NCBI RefSeq assembly: GCF_001194135.2
Contig: NC_068990.1
Location: forward strand, 64,342,983-64,391,611
Direction of reading: 5' to 3'
Source: Octopus bimaculoides
Taxonomy: Eukaryota
DNA length: 48,629 nucleotides
Position 1 is the first letter of the stretch. The number at the start of each line of letters is the position of its first letter. A program made the translations under genes and the position numbers. A model generated the notes under the pieces. That model did no database searches, was not told the DNA's origin, and worked only from the letters and a program-made list of their open reading frames with translations. This document shows positions 33,181 through 46,723 of the stretch, in pieces.

Positions 33181-33218
<38 letters not shown>

Positions 33219-33459
33219 CTCTCTCTCTCTCACTCTTGCTCTCCCCACTCCTGCTCTTTCTCTCTCTTTCCCCCCCTCTCTCTCTTTCTCTCTCCCTCTG
33301 ACTAGAGTATCCATATATTTCCCCTACAGCAAGACACCTGTTTCTGTCCCTTTGTCATGCCCTAATCTCTCATCATCTGGTACGAAGCCACCTTCTCCAA
33401 GGATTTTTGTCTTGCAAGTTACATGGTGACCTCACTGGTTGCTAGTGCTAGTGTTTGGT
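31481..33459 (+). repeat. Local direct duplication: 31481-31845 and 33016-33459
   Basis: Near-identical unique flanks around a (CT)-rich core. The second copy lacks 17 nt (tagccaccccgttcaaa). Confidence 0.9.
31850..32250 (+). mobile_element. RTE 3'-end-derived repeat with an internal about 99-bp tandem triplication and (GAT)n tail
   Basis: CTGTAAAGTGGTTGGCATTAGGAAGGGCATCCAGC-type block occurs three times (31873-32155). Single copies are at about 18215-18400 (-), 27900-28100 (+) and 44835-45310 (+). Confidence 0.8.
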
Positions 33460-33779
33460 AAACGGGAGGGAAATAAAGAAAATCAGTAAACAAATAATTC
33501 GAATAGAAGCATACACACTCCCTCAATTATACCTCACGTCAGAAAAGAAACTATAGTTCCCTTTCTGAGAACTTTTTAGACATTCCAAAACATTGATCTT
33601 CAATTGGAAAAAAAAATCGTTTTCATTTTAAAGATAGGTAAAATCAGTTTTAGTCATAATGCTATGTCATATACCTTACTTTTATTTTACAAATATAAAG
33701 AATGAATTACAGGGAGTTAAAGGGTAAAAAAAAAAAGTTAAGTGCTCATAGGGAAGGGAAAATCCCCAGCAAAATTCTA

Positions 33780-34050
33780 AAAATAGAAATAATCCTCTGC
33801 TCGAATGCCGGAAATTCCAATGTGATGTCATAAATCATATGACGTTTTTGTAATTGAACTTCCGGCAGCAGTCAGTCCAGCTAAAATGGAGTCCCGGCAG
33901 TTGCTGAGTGACACCAAATGCTTGATCATTTAACTCCTTCACATATTCATCATATATATCTATGTGTGTCGCACACATATATAATAAGTACTTATTTGAC
34001 GGACTACCTACTTTACATTATTTACATAAAACGGCTAATGTACATGAAAA
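33780..34050. promoter_or_regulatory. Candidate bidirectional promoter / STX6 5' region
   Basis: CpGs are retained here. ETS-like CCGGAAAT at 33808 and ACTTCCGG at 33858, CRE-like TGATGTCA and TGACGT at about 33823-33846, YY1-like AAAATGGAG at 33883. Lies just upstream of the STX6 ATG and 5' of the - strand exon chain. Confidence 0.5.
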
Positions 34051-34085
34051 ATGCCACTCGAAGACCCGTTCTTTGTCGTCAGAGA
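34051..34085 (+). CDS. STX6: Syntaxin-6/10 family, first coding exon (MPLEDPFFVVR + 2 nt); intron 1 appears to run past the window end
   Basis: ATG at 34051 gives MPLEDPFFVVR, matching the conserved N-terminus of STX6 (MSMEDPFFVVK) and STX10 (MSLEDPFFVVR). The 35-nt coding exon is followed by a perfect GTGAGT donor at 34086. Exon 2 (EVQKAV...) was not found by eye downstream. Confidence 0.85.
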
Positions 34086-34501
34086 GTGAGTAGATCTATT
34101 TATTATTTTTATTATTGTTATTATCACATCACTTATCCTTGGCCACATTTTTGGATGAGTATGTGTGTGCTGTTTTGCAAAAGAAAAGAAATGCAGCAAA
34201 ATTCTGGGAAAGTGCGAAAATATGTAAAAGAAACGTAGAAAATATAAATACACAAAATATGTGAACACAGAAATCTTTTCGTAAGCTCTATCGTCTGCTT
34301 TTTTTTTCCGCATTTTTGAAATGCACGCGGATTAATGTTCTGTTCTCGTGTGTAGATTACTAAACACCAGTTATGTGGATATATTTGTAACTAGGACTGC
34401 GGTATATGTAATTTTACAAATACAGATTATGTGTCTAGACGTACGCATACACACACACACGCACATGTGTGTACACATATATGTGTGTGTGTGTGTATAT
34501 A

Positions 34502-34550
<49 letters not shown>

Positions 34551-37500
34551 GCGCGCGCACGCAAGCTGTATATATGAATTTACAAGTACTACAGTCTTAG
34601 ATATTTGTATATCCGAATAGCATATGTGTGTATACACACGCACACATGTATATGTATGTGAGCGAGTATATATACGCGCGCACACACACACGTGTGCGTG
34701 TGTATATATGCGCGCGCGCACACGTCGTGTGTTGTGTATATATGTGATATATATCTGTTTAGTATTTGTTTCAGAGCGTGCGAGTCAAGTTGTTTTATAT
34801 CTTACTTTTCTCTCTCTCTCTCTCTCTTATTTTCACAATGTTTTATAGAATGATTAATTTTTCCCTATCAAATACATTTTAAAGAAAGCTGAAGTGACGA
34901 TTTCGGGCCGTATATTCTAGTCTATGTGAATATTTAGTTGTATCTGACAGATGTACTGAGTTTGTTTCGTCTGCCTGTTATAAGTAGAATAGAAACTGAA
35001 AACGGATTATTTAATAACTTTGATCCTCCCCATACATCGTCTTCTACGTAGTTAACTGCCTGTTCGGTTTATATATTTTCACACACGTCCTCCGTCTAAT
35101 CGGATTTTTAATTGCTATTATATGATCTCGATCTCGTTAGAGTTGCGTTAATTGCCTCGCTTCTCGCTTACGTCTACACTTGTCACACATGAAATTTCCA
35201 AGTAAACAGCAATACAAACACAGAACACGCATTTCTTTCGCTTGCACATATACACATACACTGCCGTGTGTGTGTGTGTATATATATATACATACACACA
35301 CACACAATTCGCAGAACTATTGCTGAATATGTATTAGGTCACTTACTGATCTCACTCTCTCTCTCTCCCCACACACGCACATGCACATATTAATATGTAT
35401 AATGTATGTGCCTATGTGAATGTATGAGTATATATACGTTTGTATGAATGTATGCGTGTATATATGTATACGCGCACATACACAGACAAACCGAGAAAGA
35501 GAGATAGTCACGCCATTAACATGGGCTGTTTACGTGTTAATCGATCTTTGCAGTTCTTATACATAGTTATTCTTTGTCACTCATTACTCACCACGCCTTA
35601 TAAACATTATTTAGCTACGCCGAAACAACTAGACAGTAAAAGAAACATTCTAAGGAAAAAAAAATAGTATGAATATTAGGGCTTTCCACATATTTTCCGA
35701 GATGTTTTAGGTTTCACGCTTATCTAAGAAACACGAATGGTTGGGGGAGTTGATGCAAATGTTGTAGCGCCTGTCTTTCTTAAATAATTCGTTCAGATTT
35801 CGCCTCGTTGATTGTTGTTATCGGTTATCCACTTAATAAGCTTTACGAAATATGTCCTACCTCTAAATGATTTTGTCTCTTGTGGCTTACATAGTTACTA
35901 TTGTATTTTTGCCCCGGGTCAACTCTGATGAAGTAAATCTATGATTAAAGATGGTCCAAGCATGACCTCAAGGGTTTTTTTTTTCAATGTCTTGGATAAC
36001 ATTATCTTTTTTTTTATATTTTATATTTTATTTAAAGACAATCGGATGTGATTTAAGGGAGATCAGTCTGCTCTTTCTAGCGTGTAAAGGGTCCATGTAA
36101 ATGCCCCTTCTATACTTAAGAATCAGAAAGATTTTGAATCAATTCGTTTATATCAGCGTTCTATCTATGAGACAAAGGTTTTTACTGAGTATAAAAAGTG
36201 TGTGTAACTCTGATATGACTAAGACCACTTTATGTAGGTATATATAAACCGTTCAAAGAGTAGTGAAGTAGAAGAAGCGAAGTGCCAGACGAAATGGTCA
36301 AACAATATTTTAAGCTTTCACTGGTGCCGGCTTCACTTTTCATTTCATTTCGTCAAATTCCCTTGGGTAGATAAAATCCCGGCATGTATGTACGCTTTAA
36401 TATTTGCGGCCTTGTGCCAAATTGGCAAATCGATATATTTTTAAAATCACTGTGTGTATTATGAGTGCGTGCATACGATGATCAATGACGTTGGAAAGGA
36501 TAAAACAGTGTGACCGCAGTACACATATACACACATACGCGCGCGCAGTGGAGTGCCGTTTTCAAGCAGTGTTGCGAGCTAGTTTAGACACGTTGCGGTA
36601 TCTGGTTCGTGCCTTATGGTCAGAGCTGGAATCGCAGGGCTGTTTCTTTTAATATCTTTTATCGTTACTAAGTCAATACAGTAACTATTGGTTATGCATT
36701 ATTGTAGATTTAATTTACCATTCACTTTTTCCCGGAAACAAATCTCTTGTTTAGATGATCATTTTCTGGATGGTTGCCCGTGTTCGTTATATTTGCTACC
36801 TTTCAACCATTTATATACATCTGTTCACATCACATATGATTCTCTTCAAATCTAGGACGTATCATCTGAATTACACTCAGTAATTGACTGGAGCTTTATT
36901 TTATCGTTCTCTGAAAAACGAACGGCTAAGTTGACCTCAGCGGAATTTGAAATACATACTCATTCACATACATACACTCACCCACATAAACTCACATACT
37001 CGCATACATAATCACACACACTCACACACGTGGAACTTATAACTCTTGTATTCTGACTATAAATTCTCATTTGTACCTATCATCATAGGTGCATTAGGAT
37101 ATATATATATCAAGAAATTTACTCAAGAACCTAGAAATATTAATTAGGTCTTTCAAAGAAAGCAAAAGAAACCGACATAGGTTCTCCAAATCCAGTCTAT
37201 TAACAACACAGTGGAGGTTTGTAAGACATTCCAAAGATTCTGCAATCAGAAATGTTTTTAGGTGAATAGATGCACACACTTGAGTGCATGCATCGACTGT
37301 TCAACCAACACACGAACTCAACCACATATTTGCAAATACTGGGAACTCTCTTAACCCCAAAAGTTTTGTTCCTTTGTTAGTGACCAGCTTGAACTCTTCA
37401 GAAAAACTTGGCTAAAATTCAAAGAAAGATCATACATGCTTGCATACATACATACATGTATGTGTTGGCTGCGTCTCGTGTTTCCGAGCTTGCCATCCAG

Positions 37501-38419
37501 TTCCTGGGTGTTTGAACCGCAGATGGCTCCGACATACATACATACATACATGCATGTACGATTGTTTATATATTTCTCTACAGCTGAATCCTTTTGCTTT
37601 TGTTCATCAGGAGCAAATACAGTCTATGCCATTGATAAGGTTCTGCTTTAAGAACCAAAACATGATTTCATGTGCAAATTCTACATCTTAAAATATATTG
37701 AACACTACCAGTGCATTGAGGTTATTTTGACTGATGAATATGATAATGGTTTCAAATTTTGGCACAAGACCAGCAAGTTCAGGGGTGGGGCTAAGTTGAT
37801 TATATCGACCCAACTGGTACTTATTTTATCAACCTCAAAAGGGTGAAAGGCAAAGTTGACCTCAGTGGAATTTGAACTCCAAATCTAAAGACAGATGATA
37901 TGCTGCTAAGCATTTTGCCTGGTGCAGTAACAATTCTGCCAGCTCGCCACCTTAATTAATAGATATAATAATATCAATTGTACAAATGCAGAAACAAACA
38001 ACATGCTTACATAGTACTCAGTATTAAAAGTATGGATAAATCTAAATAATTCAGGATTATTCTTTTGCTGCAGCTTCTTTTCAGTTCATCAAAAATAATT
38101 CTCAAACAAATTTGGTAGAATTTAGTGTATATACAGAACGTTAGTAGTTGAAGGATTGCAGGAGAAAACAGTGTAGAAAGAGGATGTAAGTGAGAGGTGA
38201 ATGTTTGATGCATTTGTACAGTGACTTGGTTTGTCAGTTAAAGATTTATTTCTGGAATTTCAATGAAGAAACTACAGTGAAAACTCATTCCTGAAATTGT
38301 TCAGCTTTAATCAATATGTGTTATAATACAAATAATATATGAATAAATATCAAAATACATGGTACACTATTTTATCTTACTTGTTTATTGCTTTTTTACT
38401 TGCTACATCTGGAAGAAGG

Positions 38420-38700
38420 TGCAACTGTTACGAATTTTGAAGGCCTTCTGAGACCAGTGAGTTTGCTGCTAATGTTCCATTTACACTGCAGGAAAGACAG
38501 GAGCAGGGAGACGATTCCAAAGAGTTGATCTTTTGAGGAAGGAGGAAAGAGAATATTGGTTAATATAGAAGCCAGGTGTGTGATGGATGCCTCAAGAGAT
38601 GGAGAGACAAGTGGATTGGGATGTTTAAGGGTTTGAGGTACATGACTAGCTGGCTGCAACGAATTGGACACTGTAAGGTAGAGGGGAATTATTTTGTCTA
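38420..38700 (-). mobile_element. LINE (L2/CR1/Jockey-type) ORF2 C-terminal remnant
   Basis: TLWNRLPAPVFP motif in one frame. Confidence 0.5.
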
Positions 38701-38953
38701 ACATAAAACATGACAGCCTCTCTTGTGTTGATGCCTTGATAAAATGCATCCACTCTGGATGTATTATGAAAAGTGATCAGCTGTAGAAACCATACTAGAA
38801 ATGAGAAATTGGAGAGATATTTGGTTCTCTGATCTGTTGGGTCTTGCCAAACTGTCCAGTGCAACATGCCTGTGTAGAAAGCAGATGTAAAATGATATAC
38901 AAATAATCATTGTTTAACGTCTGTTTTCCATGCTGGCATAAATGGGACTACAT

Positions 38954-38996
<43 letters not shown>

Positions 38997-40304
38997 TCAC
39001 TGCCAAACTTTTCTTTGTAAAAGTTAACAGACATGTACTCTACTAAAAAGTATTGAGTGATCCTTTGATTAAAATCTTTTTATTTATAACTTGACATGAA
39101 AACAGACACTGTCTCTGTGTGTGTGTAATTATTGTATATGCACACATACATGTAGAGATAGTGAGAGAGACTTTCAACAAAATAACAAAGAATATTTAAA
39201 ATATATACAAGCAAAATTGTAATAAAATATGCTTTATATCATTTAAATGTTAGATGGACTTATGAATCACTCTCTATATACAGGGTGATTGAAAAGTAAC
39301 TCCCTATTTTAAAATACTTATAAATTATTTATCAATTGTAATTTTTATAAAAATATGGATATGAGAAGAAAGCTTTTAGTATGCACTAATATAGATGAGT
39401 AAGAACTTATGGAAGAAACAATATAAGTATCAGTGGAGGTAGACACATCTGTATTGAGTATATATGCATTTCCTTTACATATCTATTTTCTAGTTTCAAT
39501 AAGAACTTCAGAAAAAAATGAGTAATTTAGTATCTACCCTTCATTTATAAACATATTCAACTGGAATTTCTGAAATAAATATACAGCCATGTTTTTCAAT
39601 ACGGATGAATTGATTCATTTACATCTGCATATATATAACATGCATACGCGTTAAATGGGATAAATCTGATAATGTACAGATGAATGCACACAGAAATTAA
39701 ACGGTTCAAATGAACACAACACATATACACATGTAGAAACGAACATACAAGTATGGTAACAACTGAAACATAACAGCTAATGAGCGTGCAAGATGCTTAA
39801 TTCAAATAAAATGAGAAAATGATTTATTACTATTGTGATTTTGACAATCAACAATTTGAGCTGGATTGAGGGACATTACCAGAGAATCATGGAAGGGTGA
39901 AACTATTAGGATTTATACTGAAGAAATATCCAGTTAAGAAATTGTAGACTCTGCATTCTAGTCTTGACATTTTCTTCCTTATTTTAGCTTCTGTTATCTT
40001 TATTTCTACTTTAAGAAGGAATGATGAGATTTGAGGAAGATTTACCTGCTGTCATCTGCAAGCTGAATGACTGTTCTCTTCTTGGCTCAAATATATACCA
40101 ATAATATACTGTGGTTGAGTTGATTGTCCATGACCTTTATTTCTCTTACAAAAAAAGGTTATTGTGTTATCCACTTCCTGGAAACATCAATATTTCCCCT
40201 ACTATAGTGCAGTGAATTAACTGTAGGGGATGGAAAACCATATTAAATGTTTTATTAGTATGTGTTCGTTTGAAATGAAATGTTTGTATAGGATTACATT
40301 AACT

Positions 40305-40769
40305 CAGTGGTTCTCAGACAGGGTCCATATACAATTTTGTTGTTAAAATTAGTGGTTATATAGGAAATGAATGACGCTGCTTGTAGGACAGTGACACTCA
40401 TTTACAACTGTCATGTGCTCTCAAGATGACACAAACACACATACATATATAAAATTGGCTCTTTTTTTCAGTTTCTGTCCACTCACAAGGTTTCCATTAT
40501 AATACATTTACCCCCAAAAATCTATGAGATAACATGACATGAAAATGAATTTTAAGTTTTAAGATCAACCTAACATTCAAATTCAGGTTTGCTGGTATTT
40601 TCATTCTGCAATACACAAAATATTTCAACAATTATTTTTATACAATTCCTAATAATATTTAATTATAAAAACTTAAAATGATTTTTTAAACATCAAATGA
40701 CTGAGGGGCCCACCCAAGTAAAACAGGAATCAAAGGGGTTCATAGGTAAAAAATTGTTGAGAAACACTG
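40305..40769. mobile_element. hAT (Charlie-like) MITE
   Basis: TIR CAGTGGTTCTCA / TGAGAAACACTG; 8-bp TSD CATTAACT / CACTAACT. Confidence 0.8.
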
Positions 40770-41783
40770 CACTAACTCATGGTTTGGCACTTACAATCAA
40801 TTTTGTTGTGCTTCAGGGATTCCTAGCTAGATAAGTAACCAGCCTTTCTCTGGAAGTTTCCTACCCAAGCTATGGTTTGTCTTGTACCTACTCAATATGA
40901 CAATTTGTAAAAATAGGTCAAGAAGATATTTTTGAAAATCTATTATTGCCGGTGTGTTGCATTATTTTATTTTCCTTTAATCCTACCAGGAGGAATAAAA
41001 TAAATAGTGATGTACTGGAGTCATTTCAATCAACTATTATACATTTTCTTTCCCTTGTCATTGCATCCTTCTACATTATTATTATTATGCTAAAAAGCAA
41101 AAAGGCATACATTAATACTACATTATATAGAATCTATTACTGAAGAACATTGTCTAGGATAAACACACACACATAGATTAAAATCATACAGTTATAGAAA
41201 ACATTGACTAATACATAGGTAGTTGCATATAAACATCCATAATGTAGGAAGATAAAATTCTTATTCTTTTGTTGTTTAGTTGGATAGCTAGTCTGGCTGA
41301 AGATGGTATTAGTTTGTCCTCAAAGTCACTGGCCAATTTATCTTTGTACTTCTAATCTTTGCAAATTATAATCAGTTATCTTATGGCGTTCAGTTTATCA
41401 AAACAATCATTATAGTTTTCTTTCTTTTTTACTTATTATTTTTGGAAGCTATTTTGAGCCTAGAGTTCATAAAGGACGAAAACACTTACAAATCACATGA
41501 TGGATAAAATGAAATAAAATTACAAAGAATATCTGAAATTGTTAGAGAAAGATTAAATTTTCTATCGCTTTCTTTTTTCTTTGTGTTTATTTTTCTCTAT
41601 ATCATCCTAAATCTTTACCTACCTTTTAGATCTTAATGAATATATTACTCCTTTTCCAAGCTCTCTTTTCTTCACCCTGATCCTCAAGATAATGAGATAA
41701 TGGTGGAAGAAAAGTCCAAAGAAGGATTGAAAAGTAGTAGCTAGATAGTTAGTTAGATCAAGCCTCAAAGAGCAAGGCCTTAA

Positions 41784-42368
41784 CCCTTTAGCATTCAGAT
41801 TTCTTTATCAAATGTATTGTTTATTCACATTGTTTGGAATTATGGCACAAACGTAGCTGTGTAGTAAGAAGCCTGCTTCCTAACCACATGGTTCCAGGTT
41901 CAGTCAGACTGCGTGACACTTTGGACAAGTGTCTTCTACTATAGCTTCAGGCAGACCAAAGCTTTGTGAGTAGATTTGGTAGACAAAAACTGAAAGACAC
42001 CCATCATATATACATATATATGTATACATTTGTGTGTCTATGTTACCAGTGTGTTTATGTCCCCATAACTTAGCTGTTTGGCAAAAGAGACTGATAGAAT
42101 AAGTACTAGGCTTACAAAGAATAAGTCATGGGGTCAATTTCTTCAACTAAAACCCTTTAAGGTGATGCCCCAGCATGACCACAGTCAAATGACTGAAACA
42201 AGTAAAAGAAATAAAAGAAATATCTTATAATTTCAAGATTTCAATGGTGTGTTTGTATATTTTTCAATGACATTGTCAGGTAGATGTGAGAAGCTAGATT
42301 TGGCTTAGTTTTAACGTAAAACAGGTAGAATATTTAGGCTGGATATGGCTGGATTAAATATTAAAGGG
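41784..42368. mobile_element. piggyBac-type MITE with a SINE inserted at about 41845-42220
   Basis: TTAA/CCCTTTAG ... TAAAGGG/TTAA termini. A degenerate relative lies at about 47430-47655. Confidence 0.7.
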
Positions 42369-43760
42369 TTAATGAATGAAATGATCAAGATGTATAATGA
42401 AACAGCCAGTGTAGAAAAATAGACTTTAAAATGATGATGATTTAAACAGTCATAAAATACTTGTTTAGAGTTATTAAAGGATGATGATGATGACGTATAT
42501 CATCAGGTCATTTCAGCCGTGTAACCACATGCGTGCTTTTCCCAGACTATTCTTTTCCTTCTCTCCGAACCTTTCAAACATCACGCCCCATTGTTTTTCC
42601 CATCTTAAACTGAGCATCAACCTAATGTGTTAACTATGTATATCCTTTTGACTTGTTTTTGTTTTCATTTTTGATTTGCCTATATACATATATAAGTATA
42701 CACACACACACACACACTCTCACATTTTATATTTGTACAAATCACTTTGATTAAAATGTAAACCGTACTTTAAATTTGTATTGCCAAAGACAAGTTATTT
42801 CAGAATTTATGGAGTCAATTTATTCTTGAAAATCTTGTGCATCCTACAAATGGTGACATGCATAGTTATTCACTATTCAGAAATGTTTAATTTTAGGTTT
42901 ATAGTTTTCTCTTTGTTCATTAACAAAAGCCACAAGGTTTTATTATGGCTTTTGAACTAAAATATATGTTACTTTTATTATCTTGTTAAAGTATATGTGT
43001 GTGTATTTGTGTATTTATATATACAGACACATACGTATTCATGTACATAAGGAACACCTCTTTTTTTTTTCAAACTTATATTGAAAACATGACGATGTTC
43101 AAGTTTGATTAATGATTTTTATTTTGTATTCCCTTGTTAGTCTTTTGTTTAGTTTGTTACAATAAACTTCCTAGGTCCATCAATGTTTCTATACCTTTCC
43201 AGTTTTATCTTTTGGATATTGGTGTTGTATAGCTCTAGATCAAAGCTGATTGAGCAGGTATTTGGCTGAAGAATGTTGTAGCATGACCCACAGATTCATC
43301 TCCTCAGTTATACTGTCTCTTCCTAGCTGAAGGTCATACTGCACATTCTAGCATACAGTAAAAAATTGTATGGGGTGCAGCATGATAGTCCAGACAAACT
43401 GCATCATCTCAAATGTCTGGTCTCTCTTATACGCCTGTATATTCTAATGGTGGCCACATGGAAGTAGGCAAGGTGGAGTGCATCAGTAGCTGTTCTTCTA
43501 CACTTATTGTTTGTTTCTGTATGTTTTTTTCTTTTATGCTTGTCAAGGCTGAGCTAGAATGATAATGTCTATTGGTTGTTGTTGTGTTGTTGGAGTAATG
43601 CTCCGGGATTTTGTAGTTGTACTCAGATGTTTAGTGGTGATTTTTTGTTTTTTTACATAATGACACAGACTGTATGTCTGTGTGTGGTGGTGGTGGGGGG
43701 AGAGGTTAAAGCATGCTGTGGCAACAAACTGTGCCCTTTGCATGTCCAAGTGGTCTAAGG

Positions 43761-44075
43761 CAGTGCTTCTCAAATTATCTGATGTGGTGAACTGGCAGTT
43801 TTTTTTTTTTTTTCCCCAATGTGCCACGGACTGGTAATATTTCTTAGTAATATTAATTTATACCGGAAACAATATATTTAATGAATATAAATAAAAGTTG
43901 ATTTTTTTTTATCTTATATTTATTTTGTAAACAAATAATACGATATTACATAAGCATTTTATAATGTTTCTTTCTTTTCTGGAAACTCGCCGTGTACCGG
44001 CAGCTGATGGCTCGTGGACCAGTACAACATTCTTCAGCCAAATACCAGTGCGCCATACAACTTTGAGTAGCACTG
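43761..44075. mobile_element. hAT (Charlie-like) MITE
   Basis: TIR CAGTGCTTCTCAAA / TTTGAGTAGCACTG; degenerate TSD GTCTAAGG / GTCTAGGA. Confidence 0.75.
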
Positions 44076-44159
44076 GTCTAGGAGATTTAAAAAAGGTTGG
44101 AATAGTTATGCAGCAGTGTCTGGAGAACAGTAGGAGGATGTGTGTGTGTGCTGTCATTT

Positions 44160-46620
44160 ATGTATAAGGCTATCTGCACACATTCTGGGTATGTGAAAAG
44201 GCTGTATCAGTAAAGGTTGAAAAGAATGAGTAAGAAGATGTATGTTTGTACTCTGTTTGGTATGACTCGGATTCTGCAGGTGCTGTTTCTGTATATTACA
44301 TAGGCTTGGCCGCCTGATGAGTAATTTGCTTATCAGCATTTTGTGTTGAATGGATAATGAGGAATGGAATTAAAAACTTTGCTGATGTAAATGCTAGTTA
44401 GTGTGTGTTTGTGTGTGTTATTTGTAGTTGAGGCCATCATTAATTGTCTGTGTTCGTCTTGTGAGTAGGGTGGTTCTTGGGCATAGTGATTGGTATCTGA
44501 GTGTGATCTGGAGAAGAGGATTTGTGTGTTAGTGATTTTAAAGATTAGCCTTTCTAGACTATTTGCAAGCATGCATATGTGGGTGATAGTTATTTGATGT
44601 TATTTCATTTGGGATTTGGTAGAGCTTTAGATTTGTTATAATTTTTTTCCAGCTTTAAGAATCAATGAATTTGATGAGATTAGAAAGAGTAGTTGGGGAG
44701 TGCAGTGATTCAATCATGCTGCTAAGTGTTTTAGATGAACAGGTGTGGTTTTGTCTGGCCTGATTTTTGAGAAATGTCTGATCAAGGTATTTGATTGACA
44801 TTGTAGTGTATAGATACTATTTGAAATTATTATGGCTACTCTGTAAAGTGGTTGGCACTAGGAAGGGTATCCAGCTGTAGAAACCATGCCAAAACAATGG
44901 AACTTGGTGTGGCTCCTAGCCTTGCCAGCTCCTGTCAAACTGTCCAACCCAGTGGTTCCCAAACTTTTCAGGCTGCCGCCCCCTTGGCACCCAGGCCACA
45001 TTCCTAGTGCCCCCACCCCAGCTAACCATCACAAACATTGACCTCTTTCTGAAGCAAATTCAAAGCAACTGTATTTCACAAATAAAACTTAACCTAATGA
45101 ACCCATTATTTTGTTGTTTTACATGAATCACTACCCTATTATTGCCCCACTTTTTACATGAATCGCTACCCAATTATCACCCAACTTTTCTTCAATACCC
45201 CCTTAGAATTTTCCACTGTCACCAGCAGGGCATTACTGCCCACTTTGGGAACCACTGGTCCAACCCATGCCAGCATGGAAAACAGACGTTGAATGATGAT
45301 GGTGGTGGTGGTGGCCACCGTTGTTATTGATGCTGCTAATTACCATATATAGTGTGTTTTACTATTAGTTTTGTGTTTTATGTTCAATATAAGTGATTGC
45401 CAGTTGTTTTATTTATGCTTTTTTTTGGTTATTTCATTATTTAGTTGTTTGATGCTGACTTTTATTTCAGTTGTGTGTATTGTGTTTGAGGTTGGCTATT
45501 TCTGGGATTGTAGTTTTTATGTTGCTTTGTGTGATATGTTCTTTTGATGTGTTTGTAATTATTTTATTGAGTGTATGAACTGCAGTGTCTATGTTGGTGA
45601 TCGAGTATTGTTGAATTCTAGAAAACTTAGTGGAACTTGTTCCATTGTGTTATTTTTTCTTTTTTCTTTTTTTTTTTTTTGAAGTTTGTAAAAGTGTATT
45701 AGCTTTCTTCAGTGTTGTGTAAATGTGTTGTGATAATGAGTTTGTGGTCCAAGGAGAATTAGGGAATTATTTGCCAAGTTATTTCGAGAGTGTAGGGAGC
45801 AAAAGGTGATATCTGAGGAAGAGTCGTTGCAGTTGGCATGGTAAGATATCTTGGTGTGGTTTATTTAGAATATAGAGTTGAGTTGGGATGATACTACATC
45901 GCTTGTCTATTCTATCTGATATCTAGGTGGTGTTGTGTGAATGTTAAGTGCTCTATATGGAGTATATAATCTGGTGGGATTGGTGGTGGGGATGGAGTTG
46001 ATGGTATGCACATGTTTATTGTATTAATGTGCTTTGTGTTGCTAGTTCTTTTGTATGTTGAAAGCAACCTGTGTTTCTGCTGTAAAGTTGTTTCGAAGTA
46101 GCTTATGAATGTCATTGTGATATCTATATAGTGAATGCAAGATTTTTATGTATGTTATAAGACCACTACAATTGTCAAAAGTGTCTGTCTACTTTGGTTC
46201 TAATTTGGAATGTTGGCTGTTGTCTTTCACTTGTAAGAAAGTTTCTTCATCTTGTAAGAAATGTTGGCAATGATAAGTTTTTTTCACTTCCTTGAAGATG
46301 TTTTTAATGCTGTTTGTCTTGTGTCAGACTTTCAAAGTTTATTTTTGTATGTGTTACATTTATTTTTAAGTATATTCTGTGCAGTTCTGTTATTTTGAAG
46401 GCACATAATGGTACTTCCTGCTTTTAATGTTGTTGTTGGTGTAAGTATTGTTTTTCTTATAAATTGTATTTTTCTGAAGTGTGGAGTTTTGTGTGTATTT
46501 TGATTATTTTGTAAAAAGAAAAAACAACTTATCTTTGTTGTGCTTTTGTTCTTCAGTTGTGAACTATGCATGCTGAAAGATAATTTTTACATGTTGAGTT
46601 TATCATTCAACTGATACTCT
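44160..46620 (-). mobile_element. Highly degenerate I/Jockey-group LINE (APE endonuclease to RT), with younger inserts at about 44835-45330
   Basis: A/C-rich - strand with INMCIP, SSSDITFCS, LDHKLIIT, FTNFKK and ISKVFNSIPH, in the order expected for NVYIP, SSPDIT, SDHLPI, TNFKKA and LSKAFDSVPH. Confidence 0.55.
44950..45257. mobile_element. hAT (Charlie-like) MITE inserted in an RTE 3'-end repeat
   Basis: Perfect 14-bp TIR CAGTGGTTCCCAAA and perfect 8-bp TSD GTCCAACC (44942-44949, 45258-45265). Confidence 0.92.
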
Positions 46621-46686
46621 AACCATGACTATCCAGTCTTTTTTTTTTTTTGTACATACTCAGTATTAGTCTATTATGTGTGTGTG

Positions 46687-46723
<37 letters not shown>

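Noticed and set aside
31481-33459. LTR pair of an LTR retrotransposon
   Set aside because: No TG...CA ends, PBS, PPT, TSD or internal coding sequence.
39278-39330. TA-CAGGGTG mariner-like terminus
   Set aside because: No second TIR or transposase motif was recognised.
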